Shown here piece after piece: positions 36,991 through 48,694 of a stretch of DNA of 64,000 nucleotides. The notes below the pieces were generated by a model, which worked only from the letters and a program-made list of their open reading frames with translations, made no database searches and was not told the DNA's origin. This DNA is from Carcharhinus longimanus. Its lineage: Eukaryota. The translations under genes and the position numbers were made by a program. Within the stretch, counting starts at the first letter, position 1; the number at the start of each line of letters is the position of its first letter. Where the stretch lies: assembly GCA_030264375.1 (NCBI GenBank), contig JASCQW010000109.1:11273764-11337763 (forward strand), given 5' to 3'.

Positions 36991-39900
36991 GCCCCTCACC
37001 TGGAGTCCATGTGTACATACTTTCAGCAAAGTATTGATGCATTGACCTGAGGCAGGAACCTAATTATTTCTATTCCAGAGTGTTGTGGCCAATCCAGAGA
37101 GCCTAATGTTACTCTGTCTGAGACTCAGCAAACACCAAGACATAGCATTCTTGCTTTTGTTAACTCAACATTGCAGTGGGTAGTGCCTTTATCCGTTGAT
37201 CCATTGAAACCATCCTGTTGTCTTTTTCTTTTGTGTTAATGCCTCTGACCTAGGGAAGGATTACTGCCGCCAGCCACTCACCATTGACCCTCATTGCTGG
37301 ATAAAATCCATTTATTGATGATGTTGATTAAAGTCAGGTGCAACTTGATTAAAGTACCTTTGATGACACAACTGCTACAACTTACCGTTTCCTCTTTCCC
37401 ATCTGAAAATAAGCTGGCTCTTTGGTTTTTTTTTGGAAGGGGGTCAATTTTCTCTACTGATGGCTTATGTTCAGCACATTTTCATTAGTAGCTAATACCC
37501 TTGGGTAACCGATTATGGGGCCTGGGTATGGATTGCCATCTCTGGATGGAAATTCCATCTTNNNNNNNNNNNNNNNNNNNNNNNNNNNNNNNNNNNNNNN
37601 NNNNNNNNNNNNNNNNNNNNNNNNNNNNNNNNNNNNNNNNNNNNNNNNNNNNNNNNNNNNNTCTGGATGGAAATTCCATCTTTGACCATTTATTCCACCC
37701 CCCCCCCCCCACCCCCCCCACCCCGCTGCCTGCCCCCTTCATTGGTTATGCCCATCCTCATAAGGCACTGCTCACCAATGGGAAGCCAACAGACTTTTCA
37801 TGAACTGATTGCAGGATCTGTATCCATTACTCAAACTGCCTTTTTGCAGACTGCAGCACCCAGCAAGAGGTTCATCTTTTAATCCTGGAAACTCTAAGCC
37901 TGGAGGGTTGGCAACCCTCAGGTGGGCAGAAGTGGTGAGTGGCACCTCTTTGGGTTCCGTGCTGGGTGACGTATGTAACCTCAAAACCATCGGGAAAGGT
38001 TTTCTTTAAGAGATACTCCAAGTCAAGGGAGAAATGGCTAAAAGCAACCTCAGTAGGTTACTTGTAGATTCTGGGTTTTATTTTCAACACACTCCCTCAG
38101 GTAAAGCCTGATCAAGGACATTATACCTCCCTTTAATACAGACTTTATGACTACCTATAATGAATGACAACAAAGTTAGTATGTGGTCCAAAACATCTTT
38201 GTTTCATGAATTGTAAAACATGCTTAAAACTCGGATTAAATTAGAAACGGTGACAGAAGCACAACAGATGAATTGGGAGACTGACACCTTCCAGGGGGAA
38301 GACTGAGAGCAAAATGAACTGACAGCCAGGCAGTAAATTGTTTTGGTGTCTCTATCTCAATATTTTCAAGGCAGCTATTAACTTTGAATTTCAAGGGATT
38401 AAAATCTGGTTAAAACTGTTTGAGGCATTACATTTTTAATAAAAGTATAAGCCTGTTAGTTGACACCTATGTAATATTGATGTTGTTTGCTGTCTCATCC
38501 AAATGCTGCGGCGCAGGAATGTTGGGCCTTTGACTTTTTCAATGAGATTACTTCAATTACCTTAATCTGAAGTCATTCAAATGGACATGCAGGCACTGAC
38601 AGCTAATAGATTTTTTTTGTAGCCATCCTCCTTTATTTCCTCCCTTCTTCATAATCTTGTATCTGATACAAAGCTTATGTATGTCTCTCAGCATCCGTGA
38701 AGGGATTGGGGTGGGACACGCATTCATCAAGAAATTTGGAAAGAGGAGACTTGTAGCCTGATAAACCTGAAAGCATAGGCCCCAATATATCATAGTTAAC
38801 TAAATGTTTCCAAACATGCTTGTAAGTCTTCACTGAGGTGGGAATGGACTACTTTTTGCAATTCTGCCTTATTCTGAAAGAGATATTCAGAGTTGCCACA
38901 GGCCACTGCTTTTCTCCAATTTCTGTTGTGCCACCCGGACACTCCCCAGTCCTGCCCCCTCCCCATCCCCTCGCCCCTCCCCACCCCCTCCCATCCCTCC
39001 CCCCTCCATCCAACTCTCTCCCTCCCCACCCAACCTCCCCCTCCACNNNNNNNNNNNNNNNNNNNNNNNNNNNNNNNNNNNNNNNNNNNNNNNNNNNNNN
39101 NNNNNNNNNNNNNNNNNNNNNNNNNNNNNNNNNNNNNNNNNNNNNNNNNNNNNNNNNNNNNNNNNNNNNNNNNNNNNNNNNNNNNNNNNNNNNNNNNNNN
39201 NNNNNNNNNNNNNNNNNNNNNNNNNNNNNNNNNNNNNNNNNNNNNNNNNNNNNNNNNNNNNNNNNNNNNNNNNNNNNNNNNNNNNNNNNNNNNNNNNNNN
39301 NNNNNNNNNNNNNNNNNNNNNNNNNNNNNNNNNNNNNNNNNNNNNNNNNNNNNNNNNNNNNNNNNNNNNNNNNNNNNNNNNNNNNNNNNNNNNNNNNNNN
39401 NNNNNNNNNNNNNNNNNNNNNNNNNNNNNNNNNNNNNNNNNNNNNNNNNNNNNNNNNNNNNNNNNNNNNNNNNNNNNNNNNNNNNNNNNNNNNNNNNNNN
39501 NNNNNNNNNNNNNNNNNNNNNNNNNNNNNNNNNNNNNNNNNNNNNNNNNNNNNNNNNNNNNNNNNNNNNNNNNNNNNNNNNNNNNNNNNNNNNNNNNNNN
39601 NNNNNNNNNNNNNNNNNNNNNNNNNNNNNNNNNNNNNNNNNNNNNNNNNNNNNNNNNNNNNNNNNNNNNNNNNNNNNNNNNNNNNNNNNNNNNNNNNNNN
39701 NNNNNNNNNNNNNNNNNNNNNNNNNNNNNNNNNNNNNNNNNNNNNNNNNNNNNNNNNNNNNNNNNNNNNNNNNNNNNNNNNNNNNNNNNNNNNNNNNNNN
39801 NNNNNNNNNNNNNNNNNNNNCCCACCCCTCCCCCCACCCCACCTCTTCCCCTTCACCCCATCACATGAAATACAATGAGCTTACCAGCTGTACCCTAAAA

Positions 39901-40849
39901 CCCACACTCTCCACCACCACCCACCCCACCCCCCCACAAACCGCTCTTGGTTGGGATTGGAAAATACTGGGAATCAAACATTGGTTACGCTTACCTGCAT
40001 GATCCACTGTCTTTATTATTGTGAATAAATAATTTACTGCAAGGCTCTTGATAAACATGCAAACTCGGATAGAGTATTAGGGTTACAGACTATAAAGCGA
40101 TACTTACAACCAGGGTTTGACAGAACCCAAGGATTCCATGAAAAACCTAGAGGATTCCATGCAATTTTCAAGTCATTTGAAAATCGTACCAAATTTTTCA
40201 AGATGTATTGTTCTCAGATTTAATGAAAAACAGTCATTCATTCACTCAATCGTGTTTGTTTTGTTCTAATTTTTGTTTTCTAATGTATAAATGTGTGGGT
40301 GGGGAGAAGAGGGAGAGGATTGGGATCCCACAGAATTTCACAATATATATTTTGTTCGCGAAAGAAAAAGGTTGAAAACCATTGCGATACAAGAATGAGG
40401 AGTGATAGGGTTGTAGGCTGTTTTTTTAGTTTGTACAGACTCTATAATAGTTAGGACATCACAACCTTTTAATGGCTTTATGAATAAAAATAGTGCTGCA
40501 TAATTAATGTGAATCAACATTCTGTGGGGGTAAATTATCTGACCTCTGCCGATTAGGAAGGCCATGATCGTCTGCTCAGACTGTTCAGTTTTCATTGCAA
40601 TTGAACTGGCAGTTTTGTGACTCTGCTAATGGACTAATAGTTGTGGCAGTTTTCATGAAGGGCTGAGGTTCAGCTTGATTTGTTTGTTTGATCAAAGGGA
40701 AAATTTCAACACAGCGACAGGAGGGAGGTTGCTGAATTTCTGCCAAAGAGATGTGAGAAGAAACGCTGCGTTCTCTCGTTAAGAAACAGAGGATGTGTTC
40801 CTCCAGTACCTTAATCGCAGTAGCTGTGCAAGAAATATGGAAAGGAGAT

Positions 40850-41170
40850 AGAAAGGTGTGTGGGTTAGGTTGATTGGCCATGCTAGGAAATTGCCCCTTA
40901 GTGTCCAGGGATGTGTAGGTTAGAGGGGATTAGTGGGTNNNNNNNNNNNNNNNNNNNNNNNNNNNNNNNNNNNNNNNNNNNNNNNNNNNNNNNNNNNNNN
41001 NNNNNNNNNNNNNNNNNNNNNNNNNNNNNNNNNNNNNNCATAGGTTAGAGCGATTAGTGGGTATAATATGTAGGGATATGGGGGTAGGGCCGGGGTGGGA
41101 TTGTGTTCGGTGCAGACTCGATGGGCAGAAGGGCCTCTTTCTGCACTGTAGGGTTTTATGATTTCTATGA
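40850..41170 (+). mobile_element. HE1-type SINE 3' half (tail A), spanning a 100-N gap
   Basis: ggttaggttgattggccatgctag...ttgccccttagtgtcc; gcagactcgatgggc...ctgcactgtagggttttatgatttctatgatt. Confidence 0.85.
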
Positions 41171-41194
41171 TTTGAGAACTATTCTCAGCACATT

Positions 41195-41440
41195 TAGCAG
41201 AAAGTATTCTGGTCGTTCTGTCATGGGGAGCATCACAGCCTAGCTCTATCCTGGGCTTGCCCAGTGTCCAGGGAGTGACTGGATCTCAATTGTCACTGCA
41301 TGAGTGTGCTGCATCAGCTTCCACTTATGATTCATATGCAAGGGAACAGTGATCTGGGTGAGGTACCAGTGTGCACCAATTGAATCTACCCCCAACTTGA
41401 CTGAGTGCATTTGGGCAAGAAGGGGAGAAAACTGGAAATA
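41195..41440 (+). mobile_element. AmnSINE2-like fragment
   Basis: ctgggtgaggtaccagtgtgcaccaattgaatctacccc...gaaggggagaaaactgg. Confidence 0.45.
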
Positions 41441-42099
41441 AATAAATGGCAGGCCTTCTGATAACGTGCGAGGGAGCTTTCTGATTTTGATACAGATTTT
41501 GTTGCAGACATAGCAATTGCCAGATTGAGATAACACATCCGAATTATAGTGGAGATTTGCTTTCAACTGGCTATAATGGTGTATTTAGTGTCTGTGAGCC
41601 CATTTAAGGAATGAAGTACTGACTTTAGAGAGTTTTGTTTGTTTTTTTGATGCAGCGAGATCCTGCTATCTCTCAGCTATTTCTTAACTTGCTGACTGAG
41701 CTCAGTTTCAGAGAGACAAGTTTGGGGCTTTTAAACAGGGCTTTTATACATTTTTAATGCATATTTATGCTGTCATAAAGCCTCTTTGCTCCTCTGAATG
41801 CGCTATGTGTAAAACTACCAGCAATTGCAGTGTGGCATTCTCCTGCACGTACTCTGCCTGAAAAAGAATATTTAAGAGTGTTTTTTAACATATCAATTCC
41901 TCCGCTGCTCTTTTGAAAGTGCTGAATTTTACAGGAGTGTTTGCTAACTATTTCACCCATTGCTTTGCTCAGTGCTCTATACCTCATGCGTGAATCTAGA
42001 CGGTGAATGTCAGTAGACTATTCGACTGTGGGGGCATTGGAATTCTTTACTAACCTGATCTTTGTCGTGATTTCTTTGCAAGGGTGAATAACAATTAAC

Positions 42100-42535
42100 A
42101 ACACCAGGAACTTGCATTTGTGCAGCGCCTTTAACATAGTAAAACATCCCATGGTTATCAAACCAAATTTGGCATCACATGAGGAGATATTTGGACAGGT
42201 GGCCAAAAGCTTGGTCAAGAAGATAGACCTTAAGGAGCACCTTAACTGAAGGAGCGAGAGAACGAAACAGAGGTTTAAGGAGGGAATTCTAGAGTCTCAG
42301 TTCCTAGATGGCTGGGTGGAGGGAAGGAAATTGGGGATTGGCAACAGGGCTGAATTGGGGGATCACTGAATGCTTGGAATGGATGTAACTGAGATAAGGA
42401 ATGATGAGGCCATTGAGGGATTTGCAAGCAAGGATGAAAATTGTAAAGTGGAGACATTGCCAGAGTGGGAACCAATTTAAATCACAGGGATGATTGATGA
42501 TCAATACTTGGTGTAAGTTTGGATTCAGGACCCAG
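42100..42535 (-). mobile_element. L2-type LINE 3' end
   Basis: aacttgcatttgtgcagcgcctttaacatagtaaaacatccc...ggacaggtggccaaaagcttggtcaag...gatgaggccattgagggatttg. Confidence 0.75.
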
Positions 42536-42619
42536 CACAGCTGGTAAATGTCCCGCTGAGGCTTTTCCATAAAGAGGGGCTATTTGGACGAGATTTTGGA
42601 GAACACCCTACGCCAGCAA

Positions 42620-42835
42620 GAAGTCAGTGCCTATCCAATGGATGAAGTGTGAAAACAAGGTCCTGACTACCAGATCAAGTGGACAATAAAGATCCCATAT
42701 TTGAAAAGAGCAAGATGCCCTCCAGTATCTTGGCCAAAATTCCTCCCTTTATCAAGGCCACTAAAAAAAAGGCCACTTTATCATTCTTCTCTGTGCTGTT
42801 GTTGGGGTCTGCTTGTGTGCCAAAAGGTTGCCAGG
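42620..42835 (+). mobile_element. Deu-domain SINE fragment
   Basis: ggatgaagtgtgaaaacaaggtcctgac...taaagatccca...tcttggccaaaattcc follows the Deu-domain pattern. Confidence 0.55.
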
Positions 42836-42849
42836 GTCATCCACGTAAT

Positions 42850-43242
42850 GGGTGGATTTTCTGTGCAACCTTCTGCATGTCTTGAGGCAGTGGTGGCATT
42901 GGCTGGCAGTGGGATTCTCTGGTCCTGCCATTGTCAATGGGTTTCCCATTGAATACAGCCCTCGCCGCTGTGAATGTGTTTGTGTTGGGGGGTGGGGGNN
43001 NNNNNNNNNNNNNNNNNNNNNNNNNNNNNNNNNNNNNNNNNNNNNNNNNNNNNNNNNNNNNNNNNNNNNNNNNNNNNNNNNNNNNNNNNNNNNNNNNNCT
43101 GTGAATGTGTGTGTGTTGGGGGGTGGGGGGGGGGGGGCGGTTGCGGAGGGCTGGGGGGTGGTAGTAGGATGGAGAATGGTGTTGCGCCGTCGGTGGGAAC
43201 AGAAGATCCCTTTGGCCTGAACAGGCCAGAAAGTTCAGGCCA
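42850..43242. mobile_element. MITE (same family as 46995-47200), spanning a gap
   Basis: Ends gggtggattttct / agaaagttcaggcc; internal gggattctctggtcctgcc and aatgggtttcccattg shared with the 47 kb copy. Confidence 0.55.
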
Positions 43243-43809
43243 ACAACTTGTAGCAATTAATTCATGTGTGGTGGTTTAAGGAGTTGCCATGTTAATCCAA
43301 TGCATCTCTGAGGAGAGGATAAAGAGGATGATCAGAAAGCATTAATTCTATGCAATGTAAGAAAGAAAAGGTGGAAAGCATCTTTGGAAAAGTTAATTCA
43401 GCAGTCGTTTGTGAATGTTTTTTTCTGAGTGATACATAAAGCTTACATGTTGATTAATTTAAACAAGATTTCCTCTTCTTTTGTTCCGAAACGTAAATGA
43501 ATGATTTAAATTGCATCAGGGCTCAGACACTCATTGCTATTCCCAGGGAAGGGTCCCGGCAGTGGATTATTTTCTTTAGCACTTGGGGATAAGGGAAACT
43601 GTTAGTTTCTAAATTGGAACCATCTGGGCTACCCCTGGCATCCACAAGGGGAATTAAGAAAAAAAGTACAAGTTTATGTTGAAGCCCCCAGCTCTCAAAT
43701 TGGCTTTTAACGCTGAGCCCAAGATCGAGAATGTTTGGTCTACTGCATCTCAGAAGACCAAAAAAATGCTGAAGGGTACATAAATAAATAAACAAATAAA
43801 GCTTGTCTA

Positions 43810-44850
43810 ATTACATAGCATTTTACAGAAAAGAACTAGGTCATTCAACCAAATGGGTCTGTTGCTAGTGTTTACGTTCCACACAAGCCTTCTTCTACCC
43901 TACTTCACCTCACCCTAACTACATAGCCTTTTTTTGCTTTCTCCCTCATGTGTGTATCTAACTTTCCCTTGAAAATGCCTATGGCAGGTTTTCCCAAATC
44001 CTTCTGGATGCCAAACTCTTTTGACCTCCCAAAAGCATTAATAGAACCCCAAACATATTTTTAGTGAAATAGGTACAAATGTAGGAAACAAATGTGTTGA
44101 AGTGTTTTCTATCTATATATATATATATGTGTTTATTATCATTAAACCATTATTTTGCTCAACAGAGTAAAGACTGACCCCACTTTCTCCTCTCCCCATG
44201 GCAATCTCTCTCCAGTACCCACTCCTTAATACACCCTCCCCAATACCCTGTCCCCATGGCTCTTACTCCATGGCACTCTCTCCCTATGGCTCTCTACCCC
44301 AAATGCCCTCTCCCCAATGCCCTCTCCCTATGCCTCTCCATGGCTTTCTCTCCATGTCGTGCTCCATCATCAGTCATCCACTTCACTGTCAGCTGCCTGC
44401 TCAGCCATCTGGCCTGCTGCCTGCTGGGCCTTCGCCATCAGCCCTGCCTTGGACTTTTAATACTCACTTTGGCACTTTTTCTGGCTCATTCAATCAGAGC
44501 CTACATTCTCAGTGCATTGACTGCTGATAGACTGACTGCTGTGCCTATAAGGTGCCAGTGCAGGGCGGAAGACACCTATGACTGGACAAACTGGAAGGGC
44601 AGTTTCAAAGTTCTCCCACAGAACCCCTGGAAACCTCCCACAGAAACCCCAGGGTTCCACACAACCCAGTTTGGGAAATGTTGCCCTAATGGCTATAACT
44701 ACTCTATGTGGTAACAAATTACACATTCTAACAGCTCCCTGGGCAAAGATGTTTCCCTGATTTTTTTTTAAAATCGGATTTATTATAACAAACTTATATT
44801 TAAGGACCCTAGTTTTGGACTTCCTAAAGAATCGAAAGATCAAGCTCTTT
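43810..44850 (-). mobile_element. CR1-like 3' fragment interrupted by a DNA element
   Basis: 43810-43980 and 44690-44850 together match the continuous copies at about 51270-51570 and 58745-59160. Confidence 0.6.
43985..44683. mobile_element. Non-autonomous hAT (Charlie-like) element
   Basis: Termini CAGGTTTTCCCAAA / TTTGGGAAATGTTG; degenerate 8-bp flanks gcctatgg / ccctaatg; internal CT-rich repeats 44185-44350. Confidence 0.6.
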
Positions 44851-46994
44851 CCAGTTGTTTTTTATTTATCTTGGTGCAAGGATTCTGGAAGAATAGTTCT
44901 TTAACTGGTAACCTGAGACTCGGTTCCATGTGCTGTCTGTGTTTGTTGGAAGGCTGGATGTGAAGTGACCCACATTCTTCAGATCTCTTAATACCTTCAC
45001 TGTCTGTGTTGCCAACACCTCCAGGATTACCCTGGAGTCTCCAGCATTTGAAGATTAATTTCCTGGACACAGATGAGAAAATTCATGGGGGCAGCAAAAG
45101 AAATTGTGCTTTTTTTTCAGAAAAATGTTTTTGTTTATTAGATATAAAAATATCCAAGATCGGGGGATAAAAAAGACTTTTTGAGTGAGCTGGGAGATTG
45201 GATATGGGAGATCATGTGCTGAACCCATTAGGAATATTTCGGAGCAGACGTGACTCTGGGGAATCAATAAAACCTGCATCCTGGTGCTCAGAGGCACAAA
45301 GTTCTGAGCTGGGACGGTGGCAACGATGGCCACACTATATGCCTACAGGCTCTTGGCACATTTATTCGGGTGGGTGCGTCTCAAACAATACCTCCAGCCA
45401 ATTCCACAGTTAGCAGCTTTATCTGGTGTATTCCTCTCCGCCCACTCCCCCTTATTTTTATTTCACTTCCTGTCATAAAGGTCGAGGCAGGGTGACCCCT
45501 GCATCAGCAGCAAGGTTGCTGAATTATTCATGCAATTGACTTTGTGTCAGCGTACACATTTGTGCAGAGGGATGTTTTATTCATTTGTCTCATTTAAAGG
45601 CCTTCCCTGCACCTGTTCTACCACTAAGTACCCAGTGATTTGCATTTGATGCTAATTTAGTTACAGTATCGGACTGGTTTCCCTCTTAATTTCATTTCCG
45701 AACAGCGTTCTCTCTCACAATACCCAGTAAAAAAAAAACAAACTTGGTCAATTTTTCTTTTATTTATTTGTTAGTGAGGGAAAGCAGAAAATTTTAGTTA
45801 CCTGCAGTTCACATTTAAATCAGCACTTTCACCCTCTGTACATGAGATGAAGGGCAGCTACAATGTTACTCTGTGCCCTCTTCTATTTAAAAATAAAATG
45901 AGCCAAATGTACCAGGTAGTTTTGGCTGAAAGCTTTGTCTGGCATATGTATTGAACTGATTTGCAATGTTATGGCAAAGGCAGCAGCGGCCTTGTTATAG
46001 TCAGGTTAAAATGAGGTGATTTCCTTTAATTGGAAGCAAGCTGATAGTCACAGAAAGGCACCAGTGTGTTGCAGTTCAGATATAAATGTGGCCTTCACTT
46101 GTATTTTTTAGAGTCAGTTATACTTATGCCTTAAGACGTCATGATGTAATTTTATCAAGCTCTGCTCCCAGTTTTGAGCCTCAGGAGGTGGGAGCATGGT
46201 TTGGAGGTAGGACCACGTCAGAAATAGCACAGAATCAATGGCCTGCAAAGCAAGTCTCCACAGTAAGAGCCTCACAAAATTACACTTGTATGTCTCCTGA
46301 TTGTAAAATAAGCAACCAGTGTAGCATTTCTAGGAGGTAGTAGAATCTTGCAATGCACATTAACCCTTGAGTTGCAAAAACTACTTTCCTCTGGTCTATC
46401 GGTAAACAGAGTCATCACCAAACACCACTCTTAATCTATATTGGAATTGTTCTTCTGGAAACCCATTTAAAACCAATTGGGAAATTGGATGACCATTCTT
46501 CAAACAAGGGGTCCATATCAAAGTAGCACCCAACAATATTGCAAGTGGATTGAGGGTTGGTCTTGCTGTTTCAATTGCCCCTGCCAGTTTCTTTATGAAA
46601 TATTGGGATTCCGTAGAATGCCATTGCAGTGAGCCTGGGAATTGTCACTGACCCTGTCTGTGCAGGTCTTGAATTGATGCAGTATACATGCTGTTGAATG
46701 TTTTGTAGACCTGGTGAAGGAGCAGTTTGTCGAATGAAAATTTGTCACCACTGTCTGGGTGGAGGTCATTTTCCACTAAACCAATAGCATATCGAGTTAA
46801 CATTGTACATATGGGTCAAAATATTGAGTATAATTTCTTAGTTAAGTTGTTTATACCTCGTTGATCCATTCTTGAATATTGTCTGGTCTAACCTGTCCTG
46901 CAAACCAAAGCTTGGAAAAGAAGTGGACAGCTTCCATTCCTGCCGAGGATCTTGTGACTCGAGGATTTTGGTGCAAGGCTTGGCAGAATGCATA

Positions 46995-47200
46995 GGCTGA
47001 AATTTTCCGGCCATTCCCACCAGCGGGATTTTCTAGTCCCAGTAATGGTGAACCCCATCCATGGGGTTCCCAATGGTGGGGGCTGTGTACAATGGGAAAC
47101 CCTGTTGAAGTGACAGGATCAGAAGACCCTGCTGCTGGCCAACAGTGAGCCGTCTCAGCAACTGCGAAACATGCTGCGCAGAGAGCGGAAAATCCCAACC
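46995..47200. mobile_element. 206-bp MITE, PIF/Harbinger-like
   Basis: Imperfect TIRs GGCTGAAATTTTCCG / CGGAAAATCCCAACC with ATA on both flanks. Confidence 0.65.
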
Positions 47201-47224
47201 ATAACAAAAATAAAACCATTTGGA

Positions 47225-47612
47225 TTGATGCATATCCTCAGGACATCCCAAAGTACTAATTAAGCTAATAACTTATTTTTAAAATGTTGACACTGTTGTA
47301 GTGTAGGGATATGTGCAACGTCTGATGGACAGCAATGATATAAAAGGTTTTGGTGAATAAACATTTGGATAGCTATTCTTCTGCTCTTTGAACAGTGCCT
47401 TGGCCATAAGAATTTAAGGTCACCTTGGAGGGCAGAGGAAGATGCTGGAAAAATACTTATTTTAATATCTCGTGTCAGAGATGGCACCTCCAATAGCGCA
47501 GCACTCCCTCAATACTGCTCTGAAATAGTAGGTCAATGCACGTGCTTATGGCTCTGGAGTGGGCCAGTCTTCTGCCTTAGAGACCCTGCGAATGCCACAG
47601 GATCAAGGCTGA
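47225..47612 (-). mobile_element. Deu-SINE (SacSINE1-like)
   Basis: gatggcacctccaatagcgcagcactccctcaatactgctctga...ctctggagtggg...ttctgccttagag, the antisense of a tRNA head plus Deu domain. Confidence 0.65.
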
Positions 47613-48694
47613 GCAGTATCTGTCATTCAAGCCTGCAATAAACAGTAGGTTTCCTTGAGTTTTCAAGAGTATCGGGTTCAAGATGGTGTTATCCAATAGC
47701 AATGAGGCTCTTGTGGATATGTGCTGCGGTGCTGAGCCCTACAAACAAGGAAAGAAATCCTAGTAATCATGCAGAGTTAGCTGAGCTAGCAGTCAATGTG
47801 CAGAGTCAGCTGAGCTGGCTGTAGATGTACTACATCTGACCTCAAAATCCTATCACTTCCTGGGTGGTGTGTTTGCATAATGAACAGGACCCTTGGCTGA
47901 TTTATTTTCTTTCCTGCCTACGTGGTCCAGGGATGCTGGAAAAATACTTTTAATGTGATTGAGCTTGTTTCTAACAGCAATTGCAATGCATTATTTCTCC
48001 TTTGATTAACTGGTAAAGATGAATGTCACAGGGAAAGCTAGTGTGACTTGTTTGCATAAGGACACAGGAGGAACGTGGTCATTTGCAACACTGGGAATGA
48101 AGTTCGAGTTATTGCAGATTGAGTGCAGTGTTCTAGTGACTGTACGGTTGCAATGATACAGTTTATTATTGGAATATGGAGCTGCTCAGGCACATAATAT
48201 GGATGAGATTAATTTTGATGGTGGCATCATTTATCATATTTATACAGTCACTTTAAGAGACACTCAGAAAGGGTGTTTATACAAGAGAAGATTATCACAG
48301 ACATTACTGAAGCACAGTTAAATGAAACAATCCATTTCTTTTTCCTCAATTGACTTGTTGCATATCTTTTTTCTTTAATTTTATTTCCTATAGGCATTAT
48401 AAACCAGGAAGGATCCCGATTTGATCTCAGCCAGGCTGACAGCTGAATCAAATGCTAATATTGGAAGCATGATTTGATGGTCCCCCCACCCCCCACACCC
48501 CAATTTTGACAGAATAGTGAGGACTGGGGAAGGAATGGAAGGGGTGGGGAGTGTGGTGTTGCTGGAACTTGCCAGCTGCTGGTCTGCTTGTAAGGGCTTG
48601 TTGTTAAATCAGCAGATTAACATTTTCTGCTCTTCATCAGTCAGCATACTTCCCCAGAGTGAGCGGATGGATCTGGAATCTGAATCTGCTGATA

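Noticed and set aside
43540-43550. TTCCCAGGGAA and TTCCCTGGGA (about 11018-11027) as EBF sites
   Set aside because: The TCCC/GGGA half-sites are 1 nt apart rather than 2; imperfect matches are expected by chance
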